In this document: positions 28,390-41,310 of the stretch, in pieces
How positions within the stretch are numbered: position 1 is the first letter of the stretch
How the letters are laid out: every line of letters begins with the position of its first letter
Origin: the human T2T-CHM13v2.0 reference genome, Homo sapiens
Strand: one strand, 5' to 3'
NCBI RefSeq assembly: GCF_009914755.1
Contig: NC_060935.1
DNA: 64,000 bases
Program-made: the position numbers and the translations under genes
Notes under the pieces: model-generated
What the model saw: only the letters and a program-made list of their open reading frames with translations
Told to the model about the DNA's origin: nothing
The model's database searches: none

Positions 28390-28912
28390 GTCAGCTTATG
28401 CTCTGGGACAGGTAGCTATGGTGGCATAAGAAAATCACCCTACAATTTGGAGACTTTAAATAACAACTATTTATTATTATTATTAATATGTCTGCAGGTT
28501 TGGGTGAATTGGTTGATATAGGCTGGCTTCACCTGAATGGCTCTGCCTCTAGCTATGGATCTGGATGAACTTGGCTTCTTGCTGAGGTTTCAGTTCAGGT
28601 ATGCTTCATGTCTGGCCATGTGGGCCCAGAATGAGGAGGGGCAAATCTTCAGATTTTTCAAGCACTTTTCAAGATGAAAAGCAAATGGAAAGCAGGAACA
28701 TGAGGTTTCTTAAGATCTGGGCTCAAAGGTGTAACACTGTTACTTTTACCTTATTGTATTAGCTCAAGCAAGGTACATGGGGAAACCCAAAGTCAAGGAA
28801 TAGGGAGATTCATTCTCTGCTCCTTCAGTGCGAGAAACTACAAAGACTCATGGCAAAGAGCATGGATAAAGGGAGGGTTGAGGAGCTGGGACCAGCAATG
28901 AAATCTATCACC
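28390..28912 (-). mobile_element. MLT1 (G/H-like) MaLR LTR
   Basis: aaataacaactatttatt...ctcaagcaaggtacatggggaaacccaaagtcaagg...catggcaaagagcatggata. Confidence 0.7.
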
Positions 28913-29229
28913 TGTTCTCATATGTTGATTTGATAATGATAAATAGTGAATTTGTCTAAACATATTATGTCTTGCTCCTAAATATGGTTGTCTTTTTGTT
29001 TCATATAACCAATAGCCTCTGAAAATAGATCTTAAAAGTTTTTTTAGTTAAAAAATGGCTACAATCTTGTATTGGTGAAATGAAGATAAATCTTATGGCA
29101 CATTTATCCCTGTTCACTATTTGATGGCAGATATCATACCTTATGTTTTTTTCTAGAAGTTTGGCCCTAATGGTGAGAGATTAGAATTCAAATCTATGAA
29201 TAGGTATAGTCTTATTTTAATGTATTACA

Positions 29230-29443
29230 TAACAACAGAGATGTGTGATTTCAAGTATTAGTCCTACAACCTACCAGGTATGTGACCTTGACTGTTTAAA
29301 CTCTCTGGTTTCAGAGGATTCATTTGTAAAATAAGTATTACGATACACACTTGGAAAGTTACTACAAGGATTAATGAGATAATTTGATAAAGCAGCTGGC
29401 ACAATACCTGGCATGTGGTAGTATTCAATAAAGATAAATGTTC
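29230..29443 (+). mobile_element. MIR
   Basis: tgtgaccttgactgtttaaactctctggtttcag...catttgtaaaat...ggcacaatacctggcatgtggtagtattcaataaa. Confidence 0.75.
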
Positions 29444-29963
29444 TTAGATTGAAGCAAATGTTACCTATCATGAGAAACCATGAAAACTCTATACTAATAT
29501 GAATGTAGCAGGTGCACATTCTGAAGCCATGTACTGAAGTATATAATAAAATTTCCTTCCATTCTCAATAACTTACTTTGTTAAGTCATTTATTCTACAA
29601 ATGCATTTTGAGTGACTTCTATGTGCCAGATGCTATGTTCCAGGCATTGGTCATACAACAAAGAATAAAACAGACAAAAATATGGCCCTCAAAGCAGAGG
29701 AAACAGGTAGTAAACAATAAATAATTGTAAGCATATAACAATAAATAATAATAAAATAATACATATCTAACACACACACATAATATATAGTTTCCCCCCC
29801 ACATGCCCCAAGAAATCAGTACATGATTTGTGTGACTACCTGCCATTTGATAAAATAGCCCTTCCAAATATTTGAACAGATAAAATAGAACTTGACACAT
29901 GTTAGTGAATAGACTGCTTTGATGCCTACATGACAAATTTTAATTAACTTGAACCTTCAATGG

Positions 29964-29967
<4 letters not shown>

Positions 29968-30006
<39 letters not shown>

Positions 30007-30043
30007 TTGCTGATGTTTGGATCAGGTTTGCTTTATGTCTTAG

Positions 30044-30070
<27 letters not shown>
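29968..30070. repeat. Two (AT)n tracts flanking a ~40-bp spacer
   Basis: Read directly; spacer resembles 28576-28613. Confidence 0.92.
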
Positions 30071-30074
<4 letters not shown>

Positions 30075-30182
30075 AAAAATGAAATAGAAAAGAAATATAT
30101 AAAATTGTTGTGACTTACATGTAATTAGATAAATTGACTAGAGGAAAATTAACTTCTTGTTTCCTACCAAAGGATTGGATTA

Positions 30183-30345
30183 AGGGTTCCCAATGTGATG
30201 TTCATGGATCTCTCAGAGGATACATCAGTGGTTTTCAATAGCTCTAGGAAGCCTCTAAAATTGAATGCAAGATTTTGAATGCTTGTCTCCTCCCCAGCCC
30301 TGGGGAGAGATTACATAGCTTTCATGAGATATTCAAAAGGTTTCT
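30183..30345. mobile_element. MER103-like hAT-Charlie fragment
   Basis: ctggggagagattacatagctttcatgagatattcaaaagg motif. Confidence 0.5.
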
Positions 30346-31744
30346 TAAGAAGGATTCATTTAGGCAAAAGTAATAGAAGGGAATCACTTTCAGGGGGTAG
30401 GTTATGAGGTTAATTCTTAGTTTAGTGTTCTATGTCTGATCATATAATAGGCAACCTACCCTGTTCCCCAATCATTCCCCTGCAGGAGGGTTTACATAAA
30501 AAATCATAGAGGCTTTCAACTCACCTGTAATAAGGGCTTACAATTGCAGGGTTCTTCCTGCACAGGAGACCTTACCTCTACCCTCAAGGAAAGATTGGCA
30601 CTCAAAAATAATTGGAATTCAATTTTATCAGTGCCAAAGTTATAAACAAGGAGTTACAGACCTTTTGTTTATTCAACTTACAAATGCTGATCCTAATTTT
30701 TTCACAAGTTCTTAGGTAATACAATATATGTAAGTATTGTTTATGCTTTCTACAATAAGAGTGTCCAAATAAGTCTTGGACTAAATTCATAACAGCTCAC
30801 ATTTATATTGAACCGTATTATTTACAATTTCTTTAGATATATTGCCTTAAGTGGAAACCATGACAAGAAAATCCAAAAAGTTCCACAAGATGCATGTCAA
30901 AATCATGAATTTAAGAGATAGGAAATACCTCCGAGATTATGTAGTCAAATCTGAATATTTTTTAAAAAGTAGCTTTGTTACACTTTACCTGTACTTTCAG
31001 CATTTAGATGTCCTTTGTATAGTAGTTTAAAATGGTTAAAAGCCCGATGAATTCTGCTGCTAGACTGATGTGATCAAAGCAGTTTTCATATCCATTTACC
31101 ACATTCTCTAGCGTGAAAAGTACTGTATTATTATTTAGGATAGTTTCTCTTTTCATAAGCTCTTCTTCTCAAATGACTATTAATATCTCCAGGTTATTCT
31201 TATCCTGAAATCTCAGACATCTGAGACACTGATTTCTTTTCTTTGATAATTTTCTGAGTATTTTCTTTTATCCAGATTGGTCTGTTTTTATTCCTGCTAC
31301 AATCATTATGAAGGGAGTCTTTAAACATATAATAATTTTTTTGACTAGCCTGTGCCATCACCCATTCTAGTACCTCATCCTACTTAATTACACTTAGAAA
31401 ATCTGACAGCCTTTCAAGTTTAATATTTTTATCAAAATTCAGGGCTTTATCCATCCCAGGCTTTCTTAGTTTTATTGGAAAAGGGATGGGAGAGAAAAAG
31501 CAATGGGTGAGATAACTGTGCCTTCTTTTAAGAGACCCAGTCTCTCAAGTATTGCTCATTTTAGAGCCTATTGAATTTACAGGTGCAGCAAGCAAAATTA
31601 GGAGCGAATATTTGAAACCTAGGAAAATCTCAGAAAAAAAATCAAGGAAAAAAGAGTGGAGATCCTTCTACATGCTTTTACCAGGCTAATATGTTTTATG
31701 TCCATTTTTCTTTCATTTCAAGGGCAGCATTTAGTTTTCTAGAC

Positions 31745-32085
31745 TGATATGATATCTCACCTTGAATTGTAGTTTCCATAATCCCCACGTGTCGTGGGAG
31801 GAACCTGTTGGTAGGTAGTTTAATCATGGGGGCGGTTTCCCCCATGTTGTTCTAGTGATAGTAAGTGAATCTGATGGTCTTATACGAAGATTTTCCCCCT
31901 CTGCTGGACACTTCCCTCTCATGCCACCCTGTGAACAAGGACATGTTTGCTTCACCTTTTGCCATGATTGTAAGTTTCCTGAGGCCTTCCCAGCCATACA
32001 GAACTGAGTCAATTAAACCTCTTTCCTTTATAAATTACCCAGTCTCAGACAGTTCTTCTTAGCAGCATGAGAATGGACTAATACA
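31745..32085 (+). mobile_element. THE1 (B/C-like) solo LTR with short 5' deletion
   Basis: atctcaccttgaattgtag...ccatgattgtaagtttcctgaggccttcccagcc...gaatggactaataca. Confidence 0.9.
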
Positions 32086-33499
32086 GAAATAACTCTATTT
32101 ATCTTTGAGTTTAATATTTATTTGCAATACTCAGAAGGATGCTCTTATGCAAAGGTTGACAGCCCAATAACTAATGCATCTAATCCAGCAATAATATCAG
32201 GTGATTTTAGAGTAATAATTATAATACTGACAACAATGATAATAGCGATGCTATATGCCAAGCACTAGGCTAAGCTTGTTATAATAATTATCTATCTAAT
32301 CTTTACTAAAACATGAGATAGATACTGTTAAGAATGCTGTCATGCATAAGCCTCTGGAATTTTAGTTTTTCTGATGTAATCAAATTTAATCACAACTGAT
32401 ACGTTTTACATGAAGCCACCTAGAACTGAAAATACCAACACACGAATTTGTCATGGATACATTGTAATATACATCCTAAATAGTGTCTATTAGCTTGTTA
32501 CTATCACTGTAAAATGTTCGATATTCACTTGTTAAATTTTCAAATTTTAAAATATGAAAAATATTATATTGTGAGAAAATAATGTTAAATTCTCAATTTT
32601 AAAATATGAAAAATAATATATTGTGAGAAAAACTTCAGGTTGGATATACAAAGCATATTAACATGATCATCCCTGATGTAATGGGATAGAAAGGAGTTTC
32701 GTTCTCATTTGTATCTTTTTTCCCTCATTTTTTATTATAAACATGGATTAATGGTGTAAATTTATGTATTTACATATTCACTTATTTATTTTTAAGGAAA
32801 ATACTTCTAAGTAAGCCGAACCTAGGATATGACCTAGAATATGAAGAATCAGTCCCATGCAGTGGTTATGAGTATGACTTCTGAGGCCATGCTACCTAAA
32901 TTTGAATCCCAGCTTTGCTTTTTGACTTGGTTCATTTTACTTCATCTTTCTGTGTCTCAGTTGCTTATTCACTGAGGTTAGTGAAACTATTAATACCTAT
33001 CTTAGGATTCTTATGAGCTAAAATTAGATAAATTAAGCATGGAAAGTGTGTGGTACATACAGATTGCACTATAAAATCAACTGTCATTATAACCTATAGA
33101 CAGTGGGTTCCAGTGCAAAGAAAGCTCAAAATTTCCTTCTTACCTCTTGTCTCTTTCCCATCTACTTCAAAGTAGCATCTCTGTAAGACTGTCAAAACAT
33201 GTCAGATATTCGGCATTAAAGCTGCATTATATTGATATTAGATACTGAATTGCTAAGAAGTGCAGCCTTGCAAGTATTGCTAAGAAGAAAACATGTTAAA
33301 TCACCCATGGTTTTATACAGTGAAAATCAACCCAGCCTTACAAACAGAAGTTACGGAATTCAGTTTCAAAGCTGCCCTTGTTTAGCTGGGAAATGGAAAG
33401 CAAGTCATGTTATCTCAAGACATTTCAGTACCCTTATCACTCAGGAAAGTAATTCCTGGGTCAAAGGGTTATATTTGCATCATTTTTGTAGGTATTTAC

Positions 33500-35950
33500 A
33501 AAGCAAAATCTTAGATCCCAAGATAGGAATATATTTCTTTAAAAAATATAAAAATCACAAATCATAATAGTAAAGACTGCTACATTTGATCATTTGAATA
33601 AAAAATATTGTGTTTTACAAATGACACCAGAAGTGAAATAAAACATCAAGCTACAGATATGGTAAACTGCATAGCCAACCAAAGATTGAATACAACATAA
33701 GTGAAGAGTTTTTCACATAAATAATAAATAGATGAATATCACAGTTTTTAAAAAATGGGCAAAGCTTGTGAATAAGCATTCTGTAAAGAACCCAATTTGT
33801 CATTTTAACACAGGTATTATTAGTAATTTCACAAATATTCAAGTTTGAACATTAATAGAAAATAATACCATTTCCAGTTAGTTTTTTAATTAATAAAACT
33901 GATGTCACCAAATTTTAGTGAGGAACTGGGAAAAGGGTTGCTCAGTCACTGCTGATGGTAGTTGCTACACGTTGTAGAGCAAATTTACAACATGTGAAGC
34001 AGAAAATACCCACAAACCATCGACCTAATTGTTGTGCTTCAATGAAAATTGAGCATGAAAAGATACACACAAGGATGCTCACTCTATCTCTCTGTAACAA
34101 ATAAAAAATTATCTCTTTCTCAAAAGAATTAATATATACCATATGTTTGATTTATAGAATGGAATATTATAAATGAATTAAAACATGAACTATACTACCA
34201 ATGATGCTAGCCTGGGTAAATTCATAATATTGAGTGGGGAAAAAACAAATTTCAAATAAATAAGTAAAATATTGCTTTGCATGTAAAAATTTGTTATAAA
34301 ATATTATTTTCTATATATAAAGACATGTTAATATAATGAAAGTATAAAAACAAGCCTAAGAATGATAGACATCAACTTCATGATTGTAGTCACTTCTATA
34401 CATAGCTAGATTGAATTATGCCTGGTTTGCTGAGAGGTATCTTTTTTGTTGTTGTTTTATTCATATAACCATAAATTTTTCAAGTGCTTTTTTGGTCACT
34501 TGTAAGGATAATAATGTAGTATTTTTTTCCCTTCAGTTACAAATGAAATTAATTGCTCTAACACGAATTTCCCAAAGTTAAATAGTCCTCATATTTCTGT
34601 GTTAAGATCAAGTTGGTACTGAAGGGTATTTGTGTGTGTTTGAGCGGTTGAACTATTAACTTTCTTCTGTTACAGGCTGTTGGCTTAGATTTTCTAAAAT
34701 TTTAAGAGAGATTTCTGCATTAACATTAATAAATGAGATGACTTGTGCTTTTTCTTTTTTTTCAATTACCTTTATCTAGGTATGGTAGCACATTGATGAA
34801 AGGTTCCTTCTTTTACTTTTCTATTCTGTGAAATACTTTATATCAAATAAAGGGTCATATTCTTTGAAATTTTGATAGCATTGACCTATGAAACTCTTTG
34901 GTTAAAAATAAAATGGATAGACAAAATACAGTATATTCATATCAAATCATACTCAGAATAAAAAGGAACAAATGGTGGATACATGTAACAATGGATGAAT
35001 CTCAAATATATTGATGGTGAGAGGAAGAAATCTTGTACAACAAAGTACATAAAGTGTGATTCTATTTATATTAAATATTCTATGGTGGGAAAAAATCAAG
35101 AAGGTTGTTACCACTGGGGAAGCGGAGATGGGTATTTATTGGGAAGAGTCATAAACAAACTTCCTGACCTGATGGTACAGTTAATATTCTATATCCTGTT
35201 GGGAGCTGGGTTTCACAGTTGTATTCATTTGTCAAAACTCAGTTTAAAAATGATGCATTTTATTGTGTGTACATTTTACATCAAAATTTAAAAAGTCAAA
35301 AATTGAATTCTGATTAATATTTATTCTGACATATTTAGGATGAAGTATACTGATGTCTGGAATTTACTTTGACATGCATCAAAAAACAAAAGGTGTTTGT
35401 ACCCAAAGGTAGAAGAATGAATAGATGGATGGTCTATTAGTCTGTTTTCAAACTGCTCTAAAGAACTGTCTGAGACTGAGTAATTTATACAGGAAAGGGG
35501 TTTAATTGAATCATAGCTCAGCATGGCTGGGGAGACCTTGGGTAACTTACAGTCATGGTGGAAGGCGAAGAGGAAGCAAGGCACTTTCTTTACAAGGCGG
35601 CAGGAAGGAGAAGTACTGAACAAAGGGGAGGAGCCCCTTATAAAACTATCAGATATCAGGAGAACTCACTCACTATTACGAGAACAGCATGGGGGAAACC
35701 ACCCCCATAATTCAATTACCTTGACTTGGTCTCTCCCTTGACCCATGGGGGTTATGAGGAGTATGAGAATTACAATTCAAGATGAGATTTGGGTGGGGAC
35801 ACAAAGCCTAACCATATCAGATAGATATGTGAAAAAAGCAAGTACTGTAAATGTTAATGGAGGAATATAGGTGACAGGACTATAAGTGTATCCTCTAAGA
35901 TTTTGGTGTGCCATTTCTATCTTGAAAGTTTCAAAACTTTCACAATAAAA
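33500..35950. mobile_element. Mosaic of old L1M (ME/MC-type) fragments in mixed orientation
   Basis: acaatggatgaatctcaaa..., tgcattttattgtgtgtacattttacatcaa, gtatactgatgtctggaatttactttga. Confidence 0.6.
35433..35819 (-). mobile_element. THE1 (D-like) solo LTR inside an L1M fragment
   Basis: Ends gggtggggacacaaagcctaaccatatca; TSD gatgg / gatag. Confidence 0.9.
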
Positions 35951-36261
35951 TGGGGCAAAAATCTTTCTATTTTGAAAGTATTAAAACTTTTACAATAAAA
36001 TGGGGGCAAAAAAAATCTTGGCATTTTTAAACTCCCCACAGTAGTAGAGCTTCAATATTGATTTGACACTCTGGTATTAGCTGTCTTTTTCTGTGTGCAT
36101 CCCTGAAAACTTCCATTTCTTTGTTTCAAAGACAGCTACATGTTTTAAAAGACCTTTGAATTTCTTTTTACAAGAAGCGTGAACGAATTCTGCAGTCTGA
36201 GGAATTTTCAGATAATGTAGCCTCTCATATTTCTGAAAAGAAACAATATTAAAGATTTAAT

Positions 36262-36436
36262 TTTAATTTTTTTTTTACATTTTACTTTAAATTCTGGGTA
36301 CATGTGCAGAATGTACAGGTTTGTCACATAGGTATACATGTGCCATGGTGGTTTGCTGCACCTGTCAATACGTCACCTAGGTTTTAAGCCTCACATACAT
36401 TAACTATTTGTCCTGATGGTCTCCCTTCCCCCACCA
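36262..36436 (-). mobile_element. L1PA (about PA7-PA8) 3' end fragment
   Basis: ctgggtacatgtgcagaatgtacaggtttgtcacataggtatacatgtgccatggtggtttgctgcacc. Confidence 0.85.
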
Positions 36437-36552
36437 AAGTGGTCTTAAATGTACACATTGTGTAACCTCGATTTGGTGTATTCATTATATGCTACCCTAT
36501 TGTTGGAAGTTAACAAGGCTATAGCCCCCTTTCAAAAAAAGTATTAACTTAC

Positions 36553-36634
36553 CTTTGTAGGTCCTCTCCACTAATAAATTTTCTTGCAGGCTGGATTTCC
36601 AGTGTGTGTCTTTACTATTTACTGTTTCCAGACA
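36553..36634 (-). other. Candidate internal exon (82 nt)
   Basis: Acceptor gatatcctttcag|TGT; consensus donor AAG|gtaagt. Confidence 0.35.
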
Positions 36635-36667
36635 CTGAAAGGATATCTTTGATGCTAATGTTAATAT

Positions 36668-37499
36668 AGTAATCTTCCCTTAACCGTGGCTTTGCTTTCT
36701 GCAGCTGTAGTTACTTGCAGTCAACTGTGGTCTGAATATATTGAATGGAAAATTCAGAAATAAACAATTCATACGTTTTAAATTGTGAAACATTCCAAAC
36801 AGCATGATAAAATCTTACACTGTCCCACTCTGTCCCATCCAAGACATGAATCATCCCTGTGTCCAAGGTATCTATATTGTATACACTACCTGCCTGGTAA
36901 TCAGTAAGTAACTCTTATTTTACATAATGCAGTTGGCCCTGGCCCTATGTTTCTGCAGGTTCCACCTCTGTGCATTCAACCAATTACAGATCAAAAATAT
37001 TTGAACAAAAAAGTACAATAAAAATAGCAATACAAAAATAAAAGCAATATAAATAAAAACAATACAGGATAACAACTATTTTTACAATATTTACATTTAC
37101 ATTTCATTATATAATTAAGATATGATTTAAAGTATATGGCGGGAAGTCCATAGGTTATATCCAAAATACAACACCATTTTCTAACAGGGACTTTAGCATC
37201 TGCAGATTTTGGTATCTGTAGAGGTCCTGAAACCAATCTCCAAAATATACTGTGAGGGCCCACCATAATGGCCCCAAAGCTTAAGAGTAGTAACAATGGC
37301 ATATTGTTATAATTGTTCTATTTTATTAGTAGTTATTGTTCATCTCTTACAGTGCCTAATTTAAAAATTAAACTTTATCACAGGTATTTATGTACAGGAA
37401 AAAGCATCATATGTATAGAGTTTAGTATTATCCAAGGTTTTAGACATCCAGCTGGGGTCTCCAAACATATACCTTGTGGATCAGTTGGGGGCACTACTG
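36668..37499. mobile_element. MER44-type Tigger non-autonomous element, split by MER2
   Basis: tcaactgtggtctgaatatattgaatggaaaattcagaaataaacaattcata...; end gggggcactactg|ta. Confidence 0.75.
36929..37265 (-). mobile_element. MER2 (Tigger MITE) nested in MER44
   Basis: cagttggccct...ggttccacctctgtgcattcaaccaa...; gaggtcctgaaaccaatctcc. Confidence 0.75.
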
Positions 37500-38003
37500 T
37501 ATTTATGTTTATCTGGACCACTCCATACGGGTAAAGTAAAACCCATGTGAAATATCAGACTTTGATTTTGATTTCTCTGGGAAAGTTGTTGTTTTTGTGT
37601 TTTTTTCCTTACACCATAATATGTGGTGATAAACTGACTTTCTTATCATTTTCCTGTGCATGTGTGTCTGCCATTTCTACTTGATCCTTTCACTGAGATA
37701 TAATCCTTCATAGATTCTAGATTTATGCAAGTGTTTTAATATTAGCTCACCAAGTTGGAGGCCCAAATACATTTTCCTAACTTTTAAATTCAATGTACTG
37801 GCAATGACAGCCTCCCACAGGGCCAGCTCAGAATCAATTCCTGCACTGACCACCCCGTGTTTCAGTTCTCAGTACATTACTGGCAATTGGTGACTTTTGT
37901 CCTTTGTTTGAAGATCAATGATGCTTTATAATTAATGCTATAAAATATAACTTTTAGGAAATTAGTCATTTTAAATGTTTTTCAAAGAAAAGCTGTGTAT
38001 TAC

Positions 38004-38082
38004 CTTGATTCATCATCTTTTCAGATCTACAAGGCCCAGTCCCTCTTTAACCAATTCCATTGTGGCCTCTGTCCCAGTCATT
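38004..38082 (-). other. Candidate internal exon (79 nt; stops in all three frames)
   Basis: Acceptor agtattttctgtag|AAT; donor AAG|gtaata. Confidence 0.4.
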
Positions 38083-38231
38083 CTACAGAAAATACTTCTG
38101 TGAAGAGTACTGATGATGCTTAGAAAACTACACCACACACAGGGTGGTGTTTTGGTGTGCTGAGTACTTTGCATTGAAGGACATTGGAAGGGCCTCAGAA
38201 GCAAAGTTTATTCCTAAAATTCTCTGATCTT

Positions 38232-38803
38232 TCTTTTTTTTGAGCTTTCTTTTTAATTTTTTTTTTTATTTTACTTTAAGTTCTGGGATACATGTGCTGA
38301 ACGTGCAGCTTTGTTACATAGGTATACATGTGCCATGGTGGTTTACTGTACCTATCAGCCTGTCATCTAGGTTTTAAGCTCTGCATGCATTGGGTATCTG
38401 TCCTAATGCTCTCCCTCCCCTTTCCCTCAAGCCCCCCTACAGGCCCCGGTGTGTGATGTTCCCCTCACTGTGCCCATGTGTTCTCATTGTTCGGCTCCCA
38501 CTTATGAATGAGAACATGCGTTGTGTGGTTTTCTGTTCCTGTGTTAGTTTGCTGAGGATGATGGTTTCCAGCTTCATCTATGTCCCTGCAAAGGAAATGA
38601 ATTCATTTTTTGTGGCTGCATAGTATTCCATGGTGTCTATGTGCCACATTTTCTTTATCCAGTCTATCATTGATGGGCATTTGGATTGGTTCCAAGTCTT
38701 TGCTATTGTAAATAGTGGCACAATAAACATACGTGTGAATGTGTCTTTATAGTAGAATGATTTCTAATCCTTTGGGTGTGTACCCAGTAATGGGATTGCT
38801 GGT
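38232..38803 (-). mobile_element. L1PA7/8-type 3' end
   Basis: ctgggatacatgtgctgaacgtgcag...cccagtaatgggattgctgg. Confidence 0.9.
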
Positions 38804-39246
38804 TCTTCTGCTTCCTTTCTTCTCCCACCACAGGCCATAGAAACTAGAATCCCTCTTTCACAAGGCAGGTCATAGGAACCAGAAACCCTCCCCCACAAAG
38901 CTAGCCATAAACCTAGAAATATTAATTTATCCTTCGCCTGCCTTTTATGTAAGAAGTGGTCATAAAAAATTATCGGATCTACCCTTGTCCCATAGTAGTT
39001 TATAAAAACCTTATTTCAGAGGTGTCCTGTAATATACACAGGAGAAAGGAATGCCACACAAAGGCATCAAGACTAATCAAAATATACAGGTGTTGCTAGG
39101 TTTCCCCACTCAGTCTACTATTATTAGAACATTCTCTTTTGTCAAATTACAGTTCTACGCAGCTGTTCCCTCCTCATTGAATCTAAGCATAAAAATGGAC
39201 AGTTTTCTCCTGGATCTTTGTGTCTTCCTTTTTGAAGGCTCCCACT

Positions 39247-39918
39247 GAAACGAAGTCGTTCGCTTGGGGTGATACCTGAAGTTCCTTGTCTCACAGCCAT
39301 GGAAAACTAAGACACAGACACACAAAGAGTGAGGCTGACAGCGGGACTTTAATAGGCAAAAGAAAGAAAACAGCTCTCTCTGCTGCAGAGAGGGGTCCCA
39401 AACAGGTTGCCATTTCCGAGGTGAAACACAAGCTTTTTAGAGATGAGCTCGAAAAGGCAGTGTCTGATTGACATAAAGAACAAAAGATTGGTTGTACCAG
39501 GTCTGCCATTTGCATAAGGTGTGAAAAACTGTTTAGGATTAGGTGTGCCATTTGCATAGGGTGCAAAAAACTGGCCACCCCCACCTTAAACTTTTATATG
39601 CAGATGTGTTCTCTGCCTGGCTGGCACCATGTTGCCCATTTCTTTACTGTCCATGTGGTAACAAAAAAAGGGAAGATGGAGTCTCCATGATGGGCATGCC
39701 TGGCCCCCAGGTACCCCTTTTCTATTAGCACAGATGCTGGCATTTCCCTATGCAAGCTTCCATCTTGCTTATCTATGTTTGCAGCTCAATTTTTCAAGTT
39801 TCTCTTTGTTAGAAAAAAAATAATTTTGTGGGCTGCTTTGTGTTAAAGGGGAAGCTCTGCTAAGCACTCTTTTACCCTCACTATCTGCCTAAATAATTTC
39901 TTTCTAGTTCCTGTATCA
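39247..39918 (-). mobile_element. ERV1 MER4-group solo LTR (MER50/MER51-like) nested in MER39
   Basis: TG...CA ends (tgaaac...gtatca); near-TSD ccac/ccat; host LTR resumes after it. Confidence 0.75.
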
Positions 39919-40069
39919 CCATGTCACCTAAAACTGTGACTAAATAAATTTGTTATACTTTTCTTTTCTTAACATGTTATAGAAATGCCGGCAGTGCCCC
40001 TTGCAATGAGTGAGAAAAGGTATTACACCGTTATACCCCTACAGTCTCGGGTTGATTGATGCTATGGTC

Positions 40070-41060
40070 ATTTTCTTCGCTCATCTGGCCACTGAGTAAC
40101 ATTCTACTGAGTAGACAGAAATGACCATGCTCTCCTTCTTGAGACACTTTCATCTCTAAGCCTTTGTGATATCCCTTCTCTTTGTTTTTCTTTCACTTCA
40201 CTCTGGCTGGCCTTTCTCAGTATCTTTTGCTGACTTTTTTATCTTTCCCACTTCTGAATGCTGAATGGTTCCAGGACTCATTCCTGGACCTTTTCTTTTT
40301 ATTTGTCTGTACTCTTTTTAGGTGATTTGAATAAGCTAACTCACGAATATTGTATCTAGCCCTGTCCTCCTTCTTAGATCCAACTCACCAACCATCAAAT
40401 TTATACCCATATTTATATATGTATAAATAAATTCTAAGCAATTTAGTTATACATATTTTCACTGAAACTTTTGCTGCATACTCCCAATCTTATTAGATGA
40501 CAATCTATTAGGAGTCATCCTTAATTCATCCTTTTCTTGTACTTCCCACATACCATTCACGCACTGCCATGTTCTTTTTTGCCTACATCCAAGATATTTT
40601 ATGTCCAGAATCACATGCTTCTCCTCATCTCCACAGACATCCTGCTGGTCTAGGTAACAACACCTTTTATCTGAATTACTGCAACGGATTGCTAACTGCT
40701 TTATTGCTGCTATCTTTTCTCCAGTCCACTCTCCACACAAGAGCATGAGTGAATATATACATCCAAAAATTAGCTTATGTCATTCCAATGTTTTTATGTT
40801 CTTCAAATCATTATTTATTGAAATGAGAGAAAAATATCCATGGTCTACTCCACTGTCTCTGGTTTCATGTCATGCTACCCCTCCTCTCTCTTTTATGATG
40901 CTTCAGGCATGCAGGTCTTATATTGCAGAAATATACCACCTAGCTTTTCTCTGCTTTAGGGATCTCACAGTGGTTGATCCCTTTTACTAGAGTACTCTCT
41001 TCTATCTCCTTAAGTAGTTGGCTTCTTCTCGTGCTTTATGTTTTAGATCAAATTTTACAT
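40070..41060 (+). mobile_element. L2 fragment
   Basis: ccttcttgagacactttcatctctaagcctttgtgat..., ggagtcatccttaattcatccttttct. Confidence 0.65.
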
Positions 41061-41310
41061 GTGTGCCTCTATCTATAAAGTTGTGCTCTAAAAATTAGTG
41101 ACTTCTAAGAAGATTACCTACCTCTCCCTGACTGATCAGTTCTGCATAACAATTGATTTTTAGAGAAGCAACACTTTATCAAGTTATACAATATAAAGTT
41201 GAATATTCTTTCCAAGAGTCTTCTATTTGCATAGTTAAGAAAATTGACTTTTTTGATCCCCTCGAAACAAAAAAATTGCTACCTAACGATGACTTTTCTT
41301 GTTTACTTCC

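Larger units (their letters stand above)
38111..40042 (+). mobile_element. MER39-like ERV1 solo LTR, split by an L1PA and a second LTR
   Basis: gctgagtactttgcattgaaggacattggaagggcctcagaagcaaag...gaaggctccca|tgtcacctaaaactgtgactaaataaatttg...cccctaca. Confidence 0.7.
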
